Positions 59,423 to 64,000 of a DNA stretch of 64,000 bases are shown one piece after another. The stretch is from Minisyncoccota bacterium (GTDB lineage: Bacteria > Patescibacteriota > Minisyncoccia > Phycocordibacterales > JABAAK01). The translations under genes and the position numbers were made by a program. Below the pieces are notes generated by a model. That model saw only the letters and a program-made list of their open reading frames with translations, was not told the origin of the DNA and ran no database searches. The stretch is taken from NCBI GenBank assembly GCA_965216295.1, contig OZ244141.1, positions 78,163 to 142,162 on the forward strand, written 5' to 3'. Positions within the stretch are counted from its first letter, which is position 1; each line of letters begins with the position of its first letter.

Positions 59423-59456
59423 TATAAAAAAGGTGCGCTCATTGCTGAGCGCACCT
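59423..59456 (-). terminator. Intrinsic terminator after paralog C
   Basis: GGTGCGCTCA-gcaa-TGAGCGCACC variant with compensatory stem change, plus TTTTTTAT. Confidence 0.7.
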
Positions 59457-59543
59457 AAGGGCTAAAACCTAATCGCGAACTCTTATTTCAGAGTTGTTTA
59501 ATTCACACCGCCTATTTTAACCTAGCAATCTTCCTCTCAGTCA

Positions 59544-60023
59544 TCAGGACTTAGATTCAGAAATAAGATTAGCAGGTGATAGTTGTGCTCTGTTAGCAAG
59601 AAACTCTTTATATTTTTCTTTCAGGTTATCAAGACATCCTTGAGAGATGTCAGCAGAACCATTACAGCTCAACTGAGCACCAGTTCGAACATAGATGGTT
59701 GTAAAAGTATCAATTTTTCCAAGCAGAGAATAATTCTTCGAATCTTTCAAACTCAACAAATAATTACAATTCGGATCATCATCACCCACTTTTTCAATCA
59801 TGAGAACACCGTCTTCAAGAGCATGAACTATTACAATGCATCTATAATCTAGTGATCTATAATTCCACACAGACATGAGACGAGGATACGGAGCCGCTTT
59901 TTCCGGAGTTATGGAAGTTACACCGGGGTACCCTCCAGTTCCAAAAGACGGACTCGCAGCAAACGCCACGGAAGAGCTAAGCAGGGCGACAAAAACCGCA
60001 CCAAACAAAAATTTTACATTCAT
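59544..60023 (-). CDS. Secreted small Cys-containing protein, paralog C
   Basis: MNVKFLFGAVFVALLSSSVAFA|ASPSFGTGGYPGV; C-terminus of type GCLDNLKEKYKEFLANRAQLSPANLISESKS. Confidence 0.6.
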   Translation of the reverse strand: MNVKFLFGAVFVALLSSSVAFAASPSFGTGGYPGVTSITPEKAAPYPRLMSVWNYRSLDYRCIVIVHALEDGVLMIEKVGDDDPNCNYLLSLKDSKNYSLLGKIDTFTTIYVRTGAQLSCNGSADISQGCLDNLKEKYKEFLANRAQLSPANLISESKS

Positions 60024-60104
60024 AATACTTCTCCTAAGTAATTTAAAATGAGTCCTGCGCCAAAGATACAGGCAGACCAAAGAACGATAATCTAATCCAA
60101 AAGA

Positions 60105-60133
60105 ATTGTAATACATAATAGTGTATTTGTCAA
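60105..60133 (-). promoter_or_regulatory. Sigma70-type promoter of paralog C
   Basis: TTGACA aatacactattatgtat TACAAT. Confidence 0.6.
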
Positions 60134-60145
60134 ATAGCTGTTTAG

Positions 60146-60179
60146 TATAAAAAAGGTGCGCTCATTGCTGAGCGCACCT
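60146..60179 (-). terminator. Intrinsic terminator after paralog D
   Basis: Same GGTGCGC variant. Confidence 0.7.
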
Positions 60180-60266
60180 AAGGGCTAAAACCTAATCGCG
60201 AACTCTTATTTCAGAGTTGTTTAATTCACACCGCCTATTTTAACCTAGCAATCTTCCTCTCAGTCA

Positions 60267-60752
60267 TCAGGACTTAGATTCAGAAATAAGATTAGCAGGT
60301 GATAGTTGTGCTCTGTTAGCAAGAAACTCTTTATATTTTTCTTTCAGGTTATCAAGACATCCTTGAGAGATGTCAGCAGAACCATTACAGCTCAACTGAG
60401 CACCAGTTCGAACATAGATGGTTGTAAAAGTATCAATTTTTCCAAGCAGAGAATAATTATCCATAGAATAATTTTCTATCGTAAAATTCCACAAAGAATC
60501 ACAATTCGAACTCACTTTTTTAATCATGAGAACATCCTCTTCAAGCAAATAAGCTACACCAGCACAACCAGAATCCGGCGAGTATCTCTGTTTCCACACA
60601 GACATGAGACGAGGATACGGAGCCACTTTTTCCGGAGTTATGGAAGTTACACCGGGGTACCCTCCAGTTCCAAAAGACGGACTCGCAGCAAACGCCACGG
60701 AAGAGCTAAGCAGGGCGACAAAAACCGCACCAAACAAAAATTTTACATTCAT
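60267..60752 (-). CDS. Secreted small Cys-containing protein, paralog D
   Basis: Near-identical N- and C-termini to C; diverged centre. Confidence 0.6.
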   Translation of the reverse strand: MNVKFLFGAVFVALLSSSVAFAASPSFGTGGYPGVTSITPEKVAPYPRLMSVWKQRYSPDSGCAGVAYLLEEDVLMIKKVSSNCDSLWNFTIENYSMDNYSLLGKIDTFTTIYVRTGAQLSCNGSADISQGCLDNLKEKYKEFLANRAQLSPANLISESKS

Positions 60753-60841
60753 AATACTTCTCCTAAGTAATTTAAAAATGAGTCCTGCACCAAAGGAAAG
60801 GTACAGGTAGACTATAAAAAACTATAATCTAATCCAAAAGA

Positions 60842-60870
60842 ATTGTAATACATAATAGTGTATTTGTCAA
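60842..60870 (-). promoter_or_regulatory. Sigma70-type promoter of paralog D
   Basis: TTGACA-17 nt-TACAAT. Confidence 0.6.
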
Positions 60871-60882
60871 AGAGCTGTTTGG

Positions 60883-60916
60883 TATAAAAAAGATGCGCTC
60901 ATTGCTGAGCGCATCT
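60883..60916 (-). terminator. Intrinsic terminator after paralog E
   Basis: GATGCGC variant plus U-tract. Confidence 0.7.
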
Positions 60917-60971
60917 AAGGGCTAAAACATAATCGCGAACTTTCGTTTCAGAGTTGTTTAATTCACACCAC

Positions 60972-61493
60972 CTATTTTAACCTAGCAATCTTCCTTCCAG
61001 ACATCACGATAAAGCTAGATCCAGAAATAAAATTAATAGTTCGTTCCCTGTTGGCAAGAAACTCTTCGTGTTTTTCTTTCAGGTTATCAAGAGAACATCC
61101 TTGAGGGGTGTCAGCAGAACCATTACAGCTCAACTGAACATCATTTCGAACATGGATAGTTGTAAAGGCATCAATTTTTCCAAGCAGAAAATAATTCTCC
61201 GAATCTCCCACCGATTTCCACGAATAATCACAATTCGTCGGACCAATATCCACTTCTTCAATCATGAGAACACCATCTTCAAGCAGATAAACTATTCCAC
61301 TACAGCCAGAATTCGGTGCGTATCTCTGATTCCACACAGATATGAAACGAGGATACGGATCCACTTTCTCTGAAATTGTGGAAGTTACACCAGAGGATCC
61401 TCCAGCTCCAAAAGATGGACTCGCAGCAAACGCCACGGAAGAGCTAAGTATGGTGATGACAAGAGTCGCACCAAACAAAAACTTTATATTCAT
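60972..61493 (-). CDS. Secreted small Cys-containing protein, paralog E
   Basis: MNIKFLFGATLVITILSSSVAFA|ASPSFGAGG; conserved Cys pattern; distinct C-terminus. Confidence 0.55.
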   Translation of the reverse strand: MNIKFLFGATLVITILSSSVAFAASPSFGAGGSSGVTSTISEKVDPYPRFISVWNQRYAPNSGCSGIVYLLEDGVLMIEEVDIGPTNCDYSWKSVGDSENYFLLGKIDAFTTIHVRNDVQLSCNGSADTPQGCSLDNLKEKHEEFLANRERTINFISGSSFIVMSGRKIARLK

Positions 61494-61586
61494 AATACTT
61501 CTCCTAAATAATTTAAAATGAGCCCTGCACCAAAGGTACGGGTAGACTATAAAAAACCATAATCTAATCCAATAACACAGTAATAC

Positions 61587-61615
61587 ACAATAACATTTTT
61601 GTCAAATAATTGTTT
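61587..61615 (-). promoter_or_regulatory. Sigma70-type promoter of paralog E (weaker -10)
   Basis: TTGACA-17 nt-TACTGT. Confidence 0.45.
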
Positions 61616-61650
61616 AGTATAAAAAAGATGCGCTCGTAATGAGCGCATCC
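61615..61650 (-). terminator. Intrinsic terminator region downstream of MLMQQP paralog 2 (loop variant gtaat)
   Basis: GATGCGCTC-attac-GAGCGCATC plus TTTTTTAT. Confidence 0.65.
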
Positions 61651-61800
61651 CAATTCCTCCAGGTTAAAAGTACAAGCTTGATGGAGTAAAGAAAAAACTT
61701 AATAGAGTTGTTGCTCCGTCACCCTCTTCTCATAATTCTCCTCAATCTCCTTCCGAATCTTCCACATCCCCATCATTTTCGGTGATTTTGAAGTAAAAGC

Positions 61801-62298
61801 TCATCCCCAACCAGGGAGCAACAAGGAGTAATTCACAATTATAGAAAGGTCAGTACATTGCTCAAACCCTACAGTGCGACTCCTAATAAATTCAGGAGAA
61901 CCAACCAAAACGATAAAAGCATCATCTTGATTAGTAAAACACTGCACGAATGTATCCACAATCACCGTTTCTGAAATACACAGAAGTCCAGCAATGTTTC
62001 GCACCGTATAAGTACCATCGTAAGCACCATAGTTTTTATATGAAACAAGCTTGATAAAGCGCGGATCAGACAACGAAGTTTCAATAGAACTGTTAAAATC
62101 TATAAGATCAGGTACTTCCTCCTTGAGGGGAAGAAGATGAATAAGAGGGTGAGGTCTTCTTTCATCATTAAGAACGTTGGGAGCACCCATTACCGCCTTT
62201 CGCTCTTCATTTTGACCAATGTACTCTAGAGCAATATAATCTTTGGTTTCGGCAAGACATAATACTTGCCGATTTGGTTTTGGTTGTTGCATAAGCAA
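61801..62298 (-). CDS. Cytoplasmic hypothetical protein, MLMQQP family paralog 2 (C-terminus diverged/truncated)
   Basis: Paralog of 62519..63097 through ...SPEFIRSRTV, then diverges. GGAGG RBS. Confidence 0.5.
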   Translation of the reverse strand: MLMQQPKPNRQVLCLAETKDYIALEYIGQNEERKAVMGAPNVLNDERRPHPLIHLLPLKEEVPDLIDFNSSIETSLSDPRFIKLVSYKNYGAYDGTYTVRNIAGLLCISETVIVDTFVQCFTNQDDAFIVLVGSPEFIRSRTVGFEQCTDLSIIVNYSLLLPGWG

Positions 62299-62389
62299 AC
62301 CTCCATAATTGATTCAAAGAAACCTGCACACAACATAAAAAGTCGCGTTGCAGTAGAAAGTAGATGAATCAAATCAACTACCTAAATGT

Positions 62390-62418
62390 ATTGTAATGTA
62401 TAACAGTGTGTTTGCCAA
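62390..62418 (-). promoter_or_regulatory. Sigma70-type promoter of MLMQQP paralog 2
   Basis: TTGGCA aacacactgttatacat TACAAT. Confidence 0.55.
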
Positions 62419-62430
62419 TAGTTGTTTAGT

Positions 62431-62466
62431 ATAAAAACAAAGATGCGCTCATTGCTGAGCGCATCT
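62431..62466 (-). terminator. Intrinsic terminator after MLMQQP paralog 1
   Basis: GATGCGC hairpin plus U-tract. Confidence 0.7.
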
Positions 62467-62518
62467 TGAAAATTTCCTCCAGGTTAAAAGTACAAACTTA
62501 ATGAAGTAAAGAAAAAAC

Positions 62519-63097
62519 TTAATAGAGTTGTTGCTCCATCTGATTCATTTCCTTCTCCCTCTGAATCCCAATCTTTCCCATCAGAGAGTCTATCAACTGA
62601 TTAACAAGTGTGGGATAATGCACAACCTTAAAAGGGTCAGCGCGTTGCTCTTCATTTGTTTTCTCAAACCTTACAGTGCGACTCCTAATAAATTCAGGAG
62701 AACCAACCAAAACGATAAAAGCACCATCTTGACTAGTAAAACACTGCACGAATGTATCCACAATCACCGTTTCTGGTATACACAGAACCCCAGCAATGTC
62801 TCGCACGGTACAAGTACTACCATTTCTGTAAGTATAATCAGTTCTGGAAGATACAAATCTGATAAAGCGCGAATCAAACAACGAAATTTCAATGGATTTT
62901 TTAAAATCTATAAGATCAGGTACTTCCTCCTTGGGGGGAAGAAGATGAAGAGGACAACGAACCCCTCCTTCATCATTAAAAGGGCTGTCGTGACATGTCG
63001 CCCCCCATTCTTTATACTGATCAGAGTACTCCAGAGCAATATAATCTTTGGTTTCTACAAGATATAACACCTGCCGTTCTGGTTGTTGCATAAGCAA
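62519..63097 (-). CDS. Cytoplasmic hypothetical protein, MLMQQP family paralog 1
   Basis: No signal peptide. Conserved core ETVIVDTFVQCFT.QD.AFIVLVGSPEFIRSRTV. Confidence 0.5.
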   Translation of the reverse strand: MLMQQPERQVLYLVETKDYIALEYSDQYKEWGATCHDSPFNDEGGVRCPLHLLPPKEEVPDLIDFKKSIEISLFDSRFIRFVSSRTDYTYRNGSTCTVRDIAGVLCIPETVIVDTFVQCFTSQDGAFIVLVGSPEFIRSRTVRFEKTNEEQRADPFKVVHYPTLVNQLIDSLMGKIGIQREKEMNQMEQQLY

Positions 63098-63188
63098 ACC
63101 TCCATAATTGATTCAAAGAACCTGCACACAACACCAAAAGGTCGCATCACAGTAGAAAGTAGATGAATCAAATCAACTATCTAAATGT

Positions 63189-63217
63189 ATTGTAATATAT
63201 AACAGTGTGTTTGCCAA
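63189..63217 (-). promoter_or_regulatory. Sigma70-type promoter of MLMQQP paralog 1
   Basis: TTGGCA-17 nt-TACAAT, directly after the stop of the helicase gene. Confidence 0.55.
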
Positions 63218-63233
63218 TAGTTGTTTACTATAC

Positions 63234-64000
63234 CTACCATTTTATAATCACACCAGGTGTTGTTTCATTTCTATCCTGAAAATCATCATAGAGAGCAAGG
63301 AGTGCTTGATCGTCAAATATGTCATACAAGAACGATGATGCTTGCACAGTTCTATGTTTACCCAAAAAACTACGCCGTCTTGCATACGAGCAGTACAGCA
63401 ACTTTTGCGCTCGTGTAATTGCTACATAACAGAGTCGTCGTTCCTCTTCAGCATCCCCTCTATCATCTGTTGTGAGGAATGGAAACAAACCTTCTTCCAG
63501 GCCACTTAAAAACACAACAGGAAATTCTAATCCTTTAGCCGCATGTACGGTCATTAATCGAACACCATCTCGGTGGTGACGAAGTGTGTCTTGATCAGAG
63601 CTCAATGCAGCTTCAGTGAGTATGGCATCAACACCTTTGGTTCCTTGCAGATGTGAAAATTTCTCAGCAAATGCAATTAATTCATACACCTCTTGTTTTC
63701 TTTCTTCAGGATTACCAAACGTTTCATTGAGATACGTATCATAGTCAATGGTTTTGATAAGTTTCTGTAATGTGTGTGCCACCGTCTGTGTTTCAAGAGA
63801 TTTCCGCACGTCATCAACAACCTCTTCAAACCGCTGTACCTTTTTCTGTATACGCGGAGTAATTGCATTTCGTTGCCCAGAAAAAAGTTTTTCAATTGTT
63901 TTTGCACCAATACCACGAGAAGGAATGCCGACAGCGCGAATGAAAGCATCGCGAGCGTTTCTATTCCGTGCGAGCGTTAGATATGCTAACAACCCACTTA
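63234..64000 (-). CDS. UvrD/PcrA/Rep-family helicase, C-terminal part (gene continues beyond the window end)
   Basis: Helicase motifs V/VI region: LMTVHAAKGLEFPVVFLSGLEEGLFP, VAITRAQKLLY. Confidence 0.7.
   Translation of the reverse strand, partial: SGLLAYLTLARNRNARDAFIRAVGIPSRGIGAKTIEKLFSGQRNAITPRIQKKVQRFEEVVDDVRKSLETQTVAHTLQKLIKTIDYDTYLNETFGNPEERKQEVYELIAFAEKFSHLQGTKGVDAILTEAALSSDQDTLRHHRDGVRLMTVHAAKGLEFPVVFLSGLEEGLFPFLTTDDRGDAEEERRLCYVAITRAQKLLYCSYARRRSFLGKHRTVQASSFLYDIFDDQALLALYDDFQDRNETTPGVIIKW

Noticed and set aside
57876-62466. Seven copies of a 24-nt palindromic element (GATGCGCTCATTGCTGAGCGCATC) that might resemble a CRISPR-like repeat array
   Set aside because: The spacing is about 700 bp with full genes in between. 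Each copy is followed by a U-tract on the coding strand. They are intrinsic terminators, not CRISPR repeats, and no cas genes are present.
1-64000. Possibility of an alternative genetic code (UGA=Gly, as in Gracilibacteria/Absconditabacteria) given the CPR-like gene content
   Set aside because: Long conserved genes (polA, nrdA, valS, PBP1A, dnaA) are intact and full-length under the standard code. There is no evidence of in-frame UGA.

Overview
This 64 kb window is AT-rich and gene-dense, on the standard genetic code, and has the gene content of a reduced-genome, likely CPR/Patescibacteria-like bacterium. Housekeeping genes include ribonucleotide reductase (nrdB, nrdA), valS, polA, holA-like, ruvA/ruvB/yebC/ruvC, PBP1A, uppS, an RluA-family pseudouridine synthase, ribosomal proteins L19, S20 and L34, rnpA, yidC, ksgA, tsaE and a GspE/PilB ATPase. 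The chromosomal origin region is present in the arrangement dnaN<-dnaA<-|->rpmH->rnpA->yidC, with DnaA-box-like TGTG(T/A)ATAA motifs in both flanking intergenic regions. Seven tRNAs are present: His, Leu, Val, Ser, Arg(?), Lys and one more Ser/Leu-type as listed. Accessory content is concentrated in four places.
(1) 43.6-56.6 kb: an 11-gene, minus-strand, type-IV-secretion-like envelope cluster. It contains a VirB4-family ATPase, a VirB6-like polytopic protein with a C-terminal J-like domain (HPD motif), a candidate pilin, and a 1167-aa Gly/Asp/Pro-rich protein built on tandem DNA repeats.
(2) 57.9-63.1 kb: a cassette-like array of seven monocistronic units. Five are diversifying paralogs of a small secreted Cys-containing protein and two are paralogs of an unrelated cytoplasmic protein. 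Each unit has a near-consensus sigma70 promoter (TTGACA, 17 nt spacer, TACAAT), a conserved leader of about 90 nt and a nearly identical GC-hairpin intrinsic terminator.
(3) A Panacea-domain (DUF4065) gene overlapping a downstream MazF/PemK-like ORF, which is a candidate non-canonical toxin-antitoxin pair.
(4) A MacAB/HlyD-type tripartite ABC exporter immediately upstream of two secreted lamin-tail-domain proteins. Near the window start there is also a cluster of secreted proteins, one of which carries a phage-tail-fibre-type S74 intramolecular chaperone domain.
No rRNA, CRISPR array, transposase or integrase was seen.
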